64,000 bases of DNA from Mobula hypostoma. Taxonomy: Eukaryota. Within the stretch, counting starts at the first letter, position 1. The number at the start of each line of letters is the position of its first letter. The stretch spans positions 21,018,001-21,082,000 of the forward strand of contig NC_086106.1 in assembly GCF_963921235.1 (NCBI RefSeq), in the 5' to 3' direction. The notes under the pieces are model-generated. The model worked only from the letters and a program-made list of their open reading frames with translations. It searched no databases and had not been told where the DNA came from. A program made the position numbers and the translations under genes. Shown here piece after piece: positions 24,795 to 37,618 of the stretch.

Positions 24795-25639
24795 GTATTT
24801 GATTTTAAATTATCTAACAATGTACAACGTTGACTCTTCCTGCATCTGAAAAAAAGCAGCACTGTGATAGTCTACGTGAAATCACGAGATTTAAACCCAA
24901 TTCACGGGAGGGGCGGGTGCAACAGAAGGTCAGGGTATATATACCAAGACAACCAATTCAGATAACAGGAAAGCAGACTCTGACTTCAATTTCACATCAC
25001 GTCGTCTCGGCATTCTGACCGGCATTCATGTGTGCAATTGGCATTGGGCGCCACCTAATCTAGCCAGAATAATATTTCAGCAGTTTATCCCCCATCGTCC
25101 ATCGCCACCAATCGGCCTCTGGGAAAAATAAATAAAAAGTTTATTTTTATTGTGAAACGGTACACGTATGGACCTGTTTTCCACTAGGAAAACGAGTAGG
25201 GAAATCCTATCCGACCCATAATGTTAGGCTTAGACAGGGTGAACACAAAAATGAAATGATGAACGGGAATCTAAAATAATAAAAAAAAAAATTTGAAAGG
25301 CGTGGAAGCGAACAAACGAAGAAAGGACGCGAGAGATGATGTCTCTCTCCTCCAGCTGCCAGCTTTTTTTATTCCAGTGTTAATATCAAGATATTGTTCG
25401 CCACTGCATTGTTTTCTGATCAGTCAGGTGGAGCTTGGTGAACAGTTGCGGACCACGTGATAAATGTGCTGCCACAATGCCTTAAAAGACAAAAGAAAGA
25501 ATTGTATGAGGTTCAACAAATACAAACACATACATAAATACATAAATACATAAATAAATAAATACAAACACATAAACACATACACATAATACAAACACAT
25601 AAACAAACACATAAATAAATAAATAAACAAACACTCAAA

Positions 25640-26950
25640 GTTACCTCCGCAGTGATGACGTGTTTGGAAAAGTTGGCGATTAAAGATATCATCTCCTGCC
25701 TCAGAAATAACTTGGATACGCTTTAGTTTGCATCCTGTCACAGCGTGTCGTCAACAGATGCTTTCTCATTGGCTCCTGTGTCACAGAGCGACATCCAGGC
25801 AGCAAAAATGCATACACCTGAATGGTATTTACCGACTACAGCTCGGTGTTAAATGCTATAATCCTGTGAAATCTAATCAATAAGCTGCAACAAATTGGCC
25901 TCAGTATCTCCCTGTGCAGGTGGTCTTCGATGTCCTCATTTGCAGATCGCAGTCCATTCGAATTGCCAAAGCGATCTGTTCCGCATTTTCCATCAGCACT
26001 GATATCCCACAAGGCTGAATGGTTTCCCCCTGATCTACTCGTTTTACACTTATGGCTGCAAGGCCAAGGATAGCTGTAGTGCCATTTGTTTTATTTATCT
26101 TTGATGACGACGCACTGTATTTCGCCAAATAAAAGTTAGTGAGGAAGTTTGACAATCTGGGTGAGCCGCACCTCAGCGATAACCTCTTACGCGATTCAGC
26201 GAGAGTAAGGAGTTGATTCGTGACTTCAGCCGCAGGAAGCTGGAGGACTGTTAGCCTGTCCTCTTCAGAGGTGGAGAGGGCAGCAATTCTAAATGATTTA
26301 ATCTTGTCACGTCAGGGGATCTATGTGCTAAAACGAAGAGAGCAAAACAGCACCTCGTCTTGCTTAGATGTTTTCGAAGATTTGATATGACAACTAAAAC
26401 TTGGACAAATATTTGCAGCCGTTACCTTGAAGGTATATTGACAGGTTGCATCACAGCCTGGTATGGAAATATCAATGCCTTTGATGAGAAAATCCTACAC
26501 AATTAGAAGATGCGGATCAGTCTATCACGGGCGAAGCCTTTTCCCTACCATTGAACATATGTACATGGAGCGCTGTCGCAGGAAAGGAACATCCAATGTC
26601 AAGGACTCTCATAACAAACACCATGCTTCCGGCTTGCTGCTGATGTCAGGAAATTCGGTACAGGAGCATCAGGACCCACAGCATCCAATTCATGTACAGT
26701 TATTAAACCACAGCAACAGGATCCTGAACCGAAAGTAATAACATCACTAAACATCATTTGCTCCAGCACTGGTCAGTTCCTAGAACCCATGGACTTACTT
26801 TCAAGTTCTATTTATCGCTCTATATTTATATATTTATGCACGCATGCATTTATTTATTTAATTTTCTATCTATATATCTACCTGTACGTGTGTTTATGGC
26901 CTATTTTTCTCAGCTCAACAAGGTAGAAGCTTTAGTACGGTAGTAGACAA
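25640..26950 (+). mobile_element. Rex1/Babar-type LINE 3' fragment
   Basis: Degenerate VMTCLEKL...NNLD.L.FA...STTDA RT region. Paralog at about 48395-49520. Confidence 0.6.
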
Positions 26951-27427
26951 GTACATACGTTCCTCAAATGCTGGGAACCTGTGGGTTATGCATTGCTGTT
27001 TAGTATCGTGGCTTCCTGAAGAGCTGCATATATATACTGTACAGGCGTAATTGTGCAAAACTATTTTGTAGCTAATTTATGTGATACCTTTTATTGATAT
27101 TGCTATTGGAACAACGTATACACTGTTCAGTAGCAACGTTTTTTTTTAAGTTCCTCTTTTAATTTGCTATAATTCTGATATTCGTCCACGTTGTTTTGTG
27201 AGCGTTTGGTGTGCTTGGAATAGGTATATCAATTAGGTAAGTTCTTCTTTCATGTATATCTTGCAATATTATATTTGGATGTTTATTAGGTATTGTGGTC
27301 TCCGTAGTAAAGATCGGTTGTAATATAATTTGCAGGTATGTAACTTTAAAACAGTCAGCCTTGTATTTATAGTAAGACATGATGTATTTTGTTTAAGGTA
27401 TACAACAAGGCTTTTGGTGAACGATGA

Positions 27428-27428
<1 letters not shown>

Positions 27429-27482
<54 letters not shown>
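27429..27482. repeat. (ATT)18 microsatellite
   Basis: Perfect trinucleotide run. The paralogous site in copy 2 (about 49724-49755) is shorter and interrupted. Confidence 0.95.
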
Positions 27483-28623
27483 TTGTCTTTTGCATACCGG
27501 TTGTATTCCCGTCCTTTTGAAGGCTGTCTTTCATTGATCCTATTGTGTTTCTTGGATTTACTCTGTATGCCCTCTGTGTGACGTATATGCAATTTGATAA
27601 TAATTTTATTTTGAATTTTGAACAAACTCCCGGGAACAAATTGTAGCACGTGATATAATTAAACCATGCGCCAAATAAGTTACGGCCTTACTGCTGGAAA
27701 AATACAATCGATAACCTAGGAATATGCTTCAACTTTAAATGTCACGACGCTGCTGAATCTCCTCTGCACGCTCTGCAAAACTGGCATATCATTTTTATAT
27801 TAGCCAACACGAATTGAATATGAAACTACAAGTGACTTCCAGTATGAGTTCCTAATGTTGAAACTGTATCCGTGCGGCAAAAGAAATCATGCTATATGCT
27901 TTAGTGCCACCCTAACTACTTGTGTTGCCACTTTCATGTACCTTGTGAGCTTTGTCACCAAGATCATTCAGGACATGTTTTGTATAGCGTCATCTTGTTT
28001 ACAGTAGGAACTTCCCTTACATGCGGCCTTCTGCAGTGTACCGTAACTGGATTGAACTTCATTTTCGATTTGTCACCTGTAGCTGCAACGGATCCATACG
28101 CTGCTGTATCCTTAGATAACCTTTGTTTTTCTATCCACGAATACATCAATCCTTGTGTCATATTCAAGGTTAATAATTTGCCATTCTAGACTAGATACTT
28201 TCTGTCTACTGGCACCACAACCGTGACTAATGGGATACAACTTAATTCGTGTCCTTTCAATCTTTCATTGTGACTCAACTAATAACCTGGAGTAAATACC
28301 ACTGATTCCCGATCTTGATTTCCTTATCCTTTCGTACTAGTTCATGATTTTCCTTAGTTGTAATTAACATGTTTCAACCATTGCCATGCGACAAATCAGT
28401 CCTTAACCAATAGCAATAGCTCACAGAGTTCTTGTCGTTGCTCCTGTCTCTTTGCATTTCCCCAATTAAGCACGTTCCCCCCTTATTCCAGCCTTATCTT
28501 TATTAATAGCTATCGTAGAAAATAGTTTTATGTCTTGGATGGCCTGACCCGATGATGCAATTTTCGGATTTGTTTAAAATTCTGCTCACCTGCACTTCAG
28601 GGTCTTTATGCAGGGGATGAACA

Positions 28624-28820
28624 GGTGGCGAGGCACGGTTTCGTTGTGTTAACACAACGCTTTGCATTATAGAAGACTCTGGTTCAATTCTCGCCGCTGC
28701 CTGTAAGGTATTTGTGTGTTTTCCCCGTGACCACGTGGGTTTACTCCAGCTGTGTTAGGCCAAAGTCGTACTAGTTTGTAGAGTAATTTGTGGTTTTAAC
28801 TTGTCCCCAGATTAGGCGAG
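28624..28820 (+). mobile_element. tRNA-derived SINE, paralog of 11449-11645
   Basis: ggcgaggcacggtttcg...ggttcaattctcgccgctgcctgtaagg...ccccgtgaccacgtggg. Confidence 0.7.
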
Positions 28821-28898
28821 GGTTATAATTAAGAATGCTGGGAGGACTGGCTCGAAGTGCCGAATGAAACTTCTGTGCGCTGTTCCGGAATAGAAAAA

Positions 28899-29070
28899 NN
28901 NNNNNNNNNNNNNNNNNNNNNNNNNNNNNNNNNNNNNNNNNNNNNNNNNNNNNNNNNNNNNNNNNNNNNNNNNNNNNNNNNNNNNNNNNNNNNNNNNNNN
29001 NNNNNNNNNNNNNNNNNNNNNNNNNNNNNNNNNNNNNNNNNNNNNNNNNNNNNNNNNNNNNNNNNNNNNN
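28899..29070. other. Assembly gap (172 N)
   Basis: Run of N at the position paralogous to the first gap. Confidence 1.
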
Positions 29071-31666
29071 AATTCAGGAAAAGCGGATTAATTTTCACGC
29101 TATCCAGAACATTTATATTTAACGTTCGTCTGCCATAAAATTAAGGAATCGAGAATTCATGTAGAATGGTACAGCACAGAACAGGCCCTTCGGCCACGCT
29201 GTTGTGCCGACCCTCAATCCCTTCCTCCCATATAAGCCCCCAAATTAAATTCCACCATATACCTGTCTAGTACTCTCTTAAAATTCTCTACTCTATCTGC
29301 CTCCACCACTGACTCAGGCAGTGCATTCCACGCACCAACCACACTCTGAGTAAAAAAAAAAACCTTCCTCTGATATCCCCCTTGAACTTCCCATCCCTTA
29401 CCTCAAAGCCATATCCTCTTGTATTCAGCAGTGGTGCCCTGGGGAAGAGGCGCTGGCTATCCACTCTATCTATTCCTCTTATTATCTTGTACACCTCTAT
29501 CATGTCTCCTCTCATCCTCCTCTCCAAAGCGTAAAGTCCTAGCTCTCTTAATCTCTGATCATAATGCATACTTTCTAAACCAGGCAGCATCCTAGTAAAT
29601 CTCCTCTGTAACCTTTCAAATGCTTCAACATCCTTCCTATAGTGAGGTGACCAGAACTGGACATAGTACTCCAAGTGTGGCCTAAACAGAGTTTTATAGA
29701 GCTGCATCATTACAGGGCGACTCTTAAACCCTATCCCTCGACTTATGAAAGCTAACATCCCATAAGCTTTCTTAACTATCCTATCCACCTGTGAGGCAGC
29801 TTTCAGGGATCTGTGGACATGTACCCCGAGATCCCTCTGCTCCTCCACAATACCAAGTATTCTGCCATTTACTTTGCACTCAGCTTTGGAGTTTGTCCTT
29901 CTAAAGTGTACCACCTCACACTTCTCCGGTTTGAACTCCATCTGCCACTTCTCAGCCCACATCTGCACCCTATCGATGTATCTCTGCAATCTTTGACAAT
30001 CCTCTACACTATCTACAACACCACCAACCTTTGTGTCGTCTGCAAACTTGCTAGCCCACCGTTCTAACCCCATATCCAGGTCCTTAATAAAAATCACGAA
30101 AAGTAGAGGTCCCAGAACAGATCCTTGTGGTACACCACTAGTCACAATCCTCCAATCTGAGTGTACTCCCTCCACCACCACCCTCTGCCTTCTGCAGGCA
30201 AGCCAATTCTGAATCCACCTGGCCAAACTTCCCTGGATTCCATACCTTCTACCTTTCTCAATAAGCCTACCGTGTGAAACCTTGTCAAATGCGTTACTAA
30301 AATCCATATACATCACATCTACTGCACTACCCTCATCTATATGCCTGGTCACCTCCTCAAAAAAAAAGGCTTGATAGACGCGATCTGCCCTTAACAAAGC
30401 CATGCTGACTGTCCCTGATCAGACCATGGTTCTATAAATGCCTATACATCCTACCTCGAAGTATCTTTTCCAACAACTTTCCCACCACAGACGTAAGACT
30501 CACTGGTCTATAATTACGCGGACTATCACTACTACCTTTTCTGAACAAGCGGACAGCATTCGCCTCCCACCAATCTTCCGGTACCTTTCCCGTGGACAAC
30601 GAGGACATAAATATCCTAGCCAGAGGCTCAGACTCTCACTTCGTGGAGCTGCCTGGGTAATATTCCGTCAGGCCTCGGGGACTTATCTGTCCTAATGTAT
30701 TTTAACAACGCCACACCTCCTCTCCCTTAATATCAACATGCTCCAGAACATCAACCTCACTCATATTGTCCTCACCATCACGAAGTTCCCCCTCATTGGT
30801 GAATAACGAAGAGAAGTATTCATTGAGGACCTCGCTCACTTGCACAGCCTCCACAGCACATCTTCCCATCCTTATCTCTAATCGGTCCTACCTTCACTCC
30901 TGTCATCCTTTTTTTCTTCACATAAGTGAAGAATGCCTTGGGGTTTTCCTTTACCCTGCTCGCCAAGGCCTACTCATGCCCCCTTCTTCCTCTTCTCAGC
31001 ACCTTCTTAAGCTGCTTTCTTGCTTCCTTATATTCCTCAATAGACCCATCTGATCCTTGCTTCCTAAACCTCATGAATGCTGCCTTCTTTTACCTGACTA
31101 GATTTTCCACCTCACTTGTCACCCATGGTTCCTTCACTCTACCATTCTCTATCTTCCTCACCGGGACAAATTTATCCCTGAACATCGACCGCATGTCCAT
31201 AGTACATTTCCCTGCAAAATCATCATCCCAATACACACCCGCAAGTTCTAGCCTTATAGCCTCATAATTTGCCCTTCCCCAAAAAAAAAAATGCTTGTCC
31301 TCTCTGATTCTATCCTTTTCCATGATAATGCTAAATGCAAGGGGGCGGTGGTCATTGTCCCCCAGATGCTCACTCTCTGAGCGATCTCTGACCTGACGCG
31401 GTTCATTACCTAGTACTAAATCTAATATGGCATTCCCCCTCGTCGGCTTGTCCACATATTGTGACAGGAATCCATCCTGTGCAAACTTAACAAACTCTGC
31501 CCAATCTAAACCCTTGAAACTAACCAGGTGCCGAGGACTTCCGGGTCATCAAGGGAATGGCGGCGTAAGGAAAAGGTCTCTCGACAAAAAAGAAGGTAAA
31601 CTGCCCCAAAATCGAATTTAGACAAATACTTAATATTGCATAACTATATTAATAAAAGGGGCAAGG

Positions 31667-32654
31667 ATGATGTCTAAGAACAAGAATAAAAAGTCCGCTT
31701 CGAAGGCTGATAAACTTAAAGAGATGCAGCAAGGCGAAGGGCCTAGCTCTCCCACGGCAAGCCAGGACGGAGATAATGAGGGGGAATCGGTGACTCTGTC
31801 TTTCATTCTCGGAGAGAATCGCGAGTTCCGACAAGATAACAGCAAACAGCTAAAAGATATTAAAGGAGAAATAGTAAAAAACTAACTCGCGGATAGATGA
31901 AGCCGAAGCGAGGATTGTTGGAATTGAAGAGAAGCTACAAAATGCCGAGGAAGTGATAGCAGAAATGCTGAAGCTACAAGACCAACTCCAGTGGAAACTA
32001 ATAGATCAAGAATGCCGCTCGAGAAGGGAAAATGTGAGGATCTACGGAGTTCCCGAAGGAACCGAAGGTAAACCCGGATTGATGATTCCCTTCGTGGAGA
32101 AGCTGCTTGGAGAGAACCTTGATATACCGGCCACAAAAGACCTACAGATAGAAAGGGCTCACCGTGCGTTGGCACCACAGCCTCCGGCAGGCTCCCAGCC
32201 CAGATAGATTCTGATCAGATTTCTCAGTTACAGAACGAAGGAATAGGTGCTTAAAAGAGCATGGCAAAAGAAAGGTTTCACGTGGAACAACTGTAAAATC
32301 AGTTTAGACCACGACTACGCACCGGGAATTTTTGCTAGACGGAAGGAATATACGGAAACACGGAGAGTCCTGAAGGAAAACAACATCAGATTCCAGACCC
32401 TGTATCCAGATCGGCTGAGAGTCTTTTACAACGAAGGGACAAAAACTTACGCTACGGTGGAGGAGGCAACGTCGGACCTGGCGGACCGGGGACTACCTAT
32501 TAAAGTTATCACCCAACCGGAGTCGCTACTGGAGAGGATTCGGCAGAAGTCGTGGCAGTTAGTGGGGCGAGGACGCTCCACTCGAACCAGAGTGTCAAAC
32601 TACAAGGAAAAGCTGCAAATATTCAGACGCGAATGTACAGAGAATACAGATTAA
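31667..32654 (+). pseudogene. L1 ORF1 (coiled-coil, RRM, CTD), disrupted
   Basis: RSRRENVRIYGVPEG...IERAHRA...DHDY...RRKEY. One frameshift in an A-run (about 31875-31881) and stops at 32205 and 32244. Confidence 0.85.
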
Positions 32655-33015
32655 TTAAGAGAAATGACTGAAAAGAGTAAATCGGACTTAAAAGTTAAAT
32701 TAAAACTGGTAACTGAAAATAATCTAGGCGGAATAAATTGATTGATAGCAATATGGTCGAGACATAAATAGGAGAAAATTCTCTATGATTATTCAAACTG
32801 CTGAGGGCCCTCTAACACAGGGTGAAGATAGAGGTTATCCCTCTGAACTGAGGCGGGTCGGTGCTCAGGCCTCACTGTGGGAAGTCGGGGAAAATTTTCA
32901 AATGTTATACGTTCAGAAATGTCTAGGGTGTGGTTATATGTTTTGGTTTACTGTTGAGAAGGGATTGCTTACTGTTTGGTTAGAAAAGGAGAGTGCTTTT
33001 TTCTAATAGAGAAAA

Positions 33016-36000
33016 ATGCAAAACGAATTGGTAAAAATAATTTCGTATAATGTTAATGGGGTTTTGAATCCAATTAAAAGAAATAAGATTATGTCTAAAT
33101 TGAAAAAAGAGAGGGCACAAATAGCTTTCCTCCAGGAAACACATATGAGCCAATCTGAACATGGAAAATTAAAAAGAATGGGCTTTAAGCATGTATTTTA
33201 TTCATCATATAAATTGAGTCACAAAAGAGGGGTAGCTACTTTAATAGCAAGTACTCTTAATTATGAACATATTTCAGAGACTAGAGACAAAGAAGGACGG
33301 TTTGTAAAAATCACAGGAAGAATAGAAGGTACAGAAATAACATTACTGAATGTTTATGCTCCTCCAGGTAGTGAATGGTCATTTTATAGACACATTTTTG
33401 ACCTAATGGTCAGTTCTCGAGGGGTAGTAATTTGTGGAGGGGATTTTAATATTAGATTAAATCCTATATTAGATTCTTCAAGAATAGTTACTCAGAATAA
33501 ACCTCTGACTCGGAAAGTGAATTCATTGATGGAGGAGTTGGGAATTATAGATGTCTGGAGGGAATTACACCCTACTAGTAAAGATTATACATATTACTCT
33601 TTCCCTCATTCAGTCTATTCAAGGATAGACTATTTCTTTATCTTTAATACAGATAGACTCAGGATAAATAAACTGTAATATTGCAACAATTGATCTGTCG
33701 GATCATAGTCCAGTCTCTATGTCTCTAATCCTGGAAAGGAAAATGAGGAAAACACTATGGAGGCTAAACTCACATATACTTAATAACCCAAAAGTAATGG
33801 AGAGATTAAGGGGAGAAATCAAAGAATATCTAGACCTTAATGACACGGGAGAAACATCACCAGTGATTTTATGGGATACATTGAAAGCTGTACTGAGAGG
33901 GAAAATTATTTCCATTACTACTAACATGAAAAAAATCAATGCACAAAAATTAGCAGACCTTCAAGGAAAATTAAAACAACTTCAAGTTGAAGATAGCAAC
34001 AAAAGTAATTCAAATCGAAAACAGGAAATTAGGAAATTGCAAAGTGAAATTGATGATATTTATACGTTGGAAACTCAAAGAAATTTTCTTTACCTGAGAC
34101 AAAAGAATTATGAAGTAGGAGGTAAATCAGCTAGATCATTAGCATATAAATTACGAAAACAACAAGCAGACAATACAATTCATAAAATAAAGAATCCAAA
34201 GACAAAGCTTGTGGAGAGTACAATAGGGAAAATTCAAGAGAGTTTTGAAACGTATTATCGAGAGCTGTACTCCCAACCCCGGGCCCCCAATGTGCCCTAC
34301 ATAGACAGTGTATTGATTTTTTTTTAGATCTACCCAAACTTACAGATTTACAAAATGAAAGTTTATTAGAACCAGTAACTGTCAAAGAACTGAACGTGGC
34401 CATCTCTAGGTTAAAAGCTGGAAAGTCCCCGCGTTCTGATGGGTTTACCTCAGACTGGTACAAGTCCCTGAAGACACAGTTAGCCCCATTACTACTTAAC
34501 ACCTTTAATTGGATCTTGCAGAGAGGAGAGACTCCACCTTCCTGGAGAGAAGCGATTATTTCAGTTATTCCTAAAGAGGGTAAAGATAAACTAGAATGTG
34601 GCAATTATCGGCCAATTAGTGTTCTTAATTTAGATTACAAACTATTTACATCTATATTAGCGCGCAGATTGGAAAAGCTTTTACCTGGCCTAATCCATTT
34701 AGACCAGACTGGATTTATTCATCAAAGACAAACACAGGACAACATAAGGAGAAATCTGCACATATTAGAACAGGTTAATAAGAACGAGACAGAGACAATG
34801 GTAGTAGGATTGGACGCTGAGAAAGCTTTTGATTCGGTTAGTTGGGCATTCCTATACAGAGTGTTAGGAAGATTCGGCTTTCAAGAAAGGTTTATTAAAG
34901 TAATTCAGACTCTGTATGACAGCCCAACAGCCCGAATTAAGATAAATGGGGACCTCTTTGACTCCTTCATTTTAGAGAGACGCACTAGACAGGGATGCCC
35001 AATTTCTCCTCTCCTTTTTGCGCTATATATTGAACCACTTGCCCAACTAATAAGACAGAGCGAAATAGTAAAAGGTATCAAGGTGGCAGGGATTGAACAG
35101 AAAGTGGCGTTATTCGCAGATGATGTGTTGGTTTATCTGAGTGAACCAGAAAAATCATTTATAGGATTGTTTACACTGTTGGATGACTTTAGGAAAATAT
35201 CAGGTTATAAAATAAATGTAAAGAAAACGCAGGTTATGTCCCTAAATTATACACCATCCAAAAAAATGCAGGATACATACGATCTTAAGTGGGAAGCTAA
35301 ATCATTAAAATATTTAGGAATAACCCTGCCGAAGGATCTTTCAACACTGTCACAGGTAAATTATGGGCCATTAATCTCAGAGATAAAAGCAGATATGCAT
35401 AGATGGAATCTTATCCCCTTTCTAAGTTTAAATTCAAGGATAAATACTATAAAAATGAATATTCTTCCTCGGTTATTATATCTTTTCCGTACTTTACCAG
35501 TGGAGGTGGATGATAATCAATTCAGGGAATGGGACAAATGGATTTCCCGCTTCATTTGGCAAGGAAGGAAACCTAGAATTCGATATAACACCTTACAGTT
35601 ACACAAGGAAAGAGGAGGTATGGTTCTTCCTTGCCTGAGAAATTATTTTTATGCCTCACAGATAACCCCTCTGTTATATTGGTGTAATAGGGAATATAAG
35701 GCTAGATGGAAGGAAATAAAATTTGGATTAGTTGACAGTTTTCCTCTTCAGGCCTCAATAGCTGACAAAGGATTGATGGCCCAGTTGGAAAAATTTAATA
35801 ATGCTTGGATAAATCTTACATTAAAAGTATGGCAGAAGGTGGTTAATTCATGTGGAATTAATAACATGCTAAAACTCTTTAGATGGTGTGCATATGATAC
35901 CGAATTCCTTCCCAACAGAGGAGATACAAGATTTGAGCTATGGATAAAGAAAGGTCTTACAACCTACCTCTCATTTATAGATAAAAGAGTATTCCAAAGT

Positions 36001-36809
36001 TTCCAAATCCTGCAGGACAAACATGGCCTAGAACATAATGACTTTTTTAGGTACCTTCAAATACGAAACTATGTTAACCAGAGTTGTACATATACAGACC
36101 TATCAACAGTAGAATTAGAATTTTTCAAGATTCTGAATTCGGCTTGCAGTTCAATACCTAGTAAATCAGTTTCTCGCCTATATAATGCACTCTCCCATGG
36201 TAAAAATGTAAATACACTGTATATTAAAGAGAAGTGGGAGAAAGAAGCGGGGTTGGTACTTTCAGAGGAGGCTTGGGGGAAAATCTGCAGCTTTCAATGG
36301 TCCTCGACTAATTCTTTGACTTGGAGAGAACATTGTTGGAAAAACATTATAAGATACTTCAAGACCCCATTTCAGGAAAAATATAAAGATACAAATGTGA
36401 TGTGTTGGAGAAGGTGCGGCTCCAAGGAGGCAAATCATTTTCATATTTTCTGGGATTGCCCTAAATTAAGTCTATTTTGGGAAGGTATTCATAGAACATT
36501 AGTTAAGGTACTTAGGTCCCAGATACATCTGAACTTTGAGACGCTCTATTTGGGGCATGTATTGTTCCTTGAACAGTAGGAAGATATAAAGTTGCTGCAG
36601 GCCCTCTTAGCGGCAAGTAAGAAATCAATCACTAGAAAATGGCTAAATCCCCAATACCACCTACATTAGAAGATTGGTACGAAATTATCTTGGAAATATT
36701 TAAAATGGAAAAGTTGACCTACTCCCTGAGAACTCAAAAGGAAACATTTTATCAAATCTGGAATAAATGGATTGAATATATAACCCCAATGCGAGCAGAC
36801 TTTAGATGA
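33016..36809 (+). pseudogene. L1 ORF2 (APE endonuclease, RT, C-terminal CCHC), disrupted
   Basis: SYNVNG, LQETH, GGDFN and SDH (EN); LDAEKAFD, RQGCPISP and FADD (RT); CWRRC...H..W.C. Frameshifts at about 33670, 34320 and 36650 and a stop at 36577. Confidence 0.9.
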
Positions 36810-37618
36810 CTCTTCTAATGATTTATATTGCCCTTCTCATCAACACAGTAATATTGCTAACGTAAGCACCCCTAGTCTAAAGGTTTGTTGTTTTTTTTTG
36901 GAAAATAGAGAATTAACACAAGTAAAGGGAAAGATTTAGGAAAGGGATAAAAAAAAATGAAAAAATTAAGTAAATAAGTACATAGGGATTGGATAATTAT
37001 GTCTGTGGGCAGGAACAAGCACGAACAAATTGGGATATAAATACCTACAATGGTTGGTATATAGGCTTGTATGCAACATTTTGGACCAGTGGAAATGGTC
37101 CAGAAGGGTTGTATGGAAACTATTATTACCATTGTTCTTAACAACTAATTTCATTACTTAGCCTAATAGGTTAGATTAAAAAATGGAAAAGGTTATATGT
37201 GTGAAAAAAGTACATGATAATTGTGAACTCCTTATCCAAATAAAAATAAAATTAAAAAAAAAGAAACTAACCAGGTGCCAATCAATATTAGGGAAGTTAA
37301 AGTCACCCATGATAACGACCTGTTATTTTTGCACCTTTGCAAAACCTGCCTCCCAATCTGCTCCTCTGTATCTCTGCTGCTACCAGGGGGCCTATAGAAT
37401 AACCCCAATAGAGTAACTGCTCCCTTCCTGTTCCTGACTTCCACCCATATTGACGTAAACGAGGATTCTGCTTCATTACCCACCCTTTCTGTAGCTGTAA
37501 TAGTATCCCTGACCAGTAATGCCACCCCTCCTCCCCTTCTTTTTTTTCCGCCCTCTCTGTCCCTTTTAAAGCACTGAAATCGAGGAATATTGACAATCTA
37601 TTCCTGTCCTAGTGCCAG

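Larger units (their letters stand above)
11346..28521. repeat. Tandem segmental duplication, copy 1 (contains V1)
   Basis: Collinear with 28522-50802 along its whole length once copy-specific insertions are removed. Identity is roughly 85-95% locally by eye. Confidence 0.92.
31533..37262 (+). mobile_element. Full-length L1-clade LINE (5.73 kb) with poly(A) tail and 17-bp TSD
   Basis: TSD gaaactaaccaggtgcc at 31516-31532 and 37263-37279. AATAAA at 37239 is followed by an A-rich tail. ORF1 and ORF2 are both present. Confidence 0.95.
29161..37618 (-). mobile_element. 5'-truncated CR1 LINE, copy 2 only, split by an L1 (CR1 parts 29161-31532 and 37280-37618)
   Basis: RT ORF 29288-30403 (SGVPQGSVLGP, SKFADDTK) and EN pieces 31090-31455 and 37232-37525 (YRPPG). 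The empty site in copy 1 is gagaattcatatatgtagc, and CAT is duplicated at the ends. Confidence 0.9.

Noticed and set aside
27269-27649. Poly-isoleucine ORFs on both strands
   Set aside because: They are translations of the (ATT)18 microsatellite.
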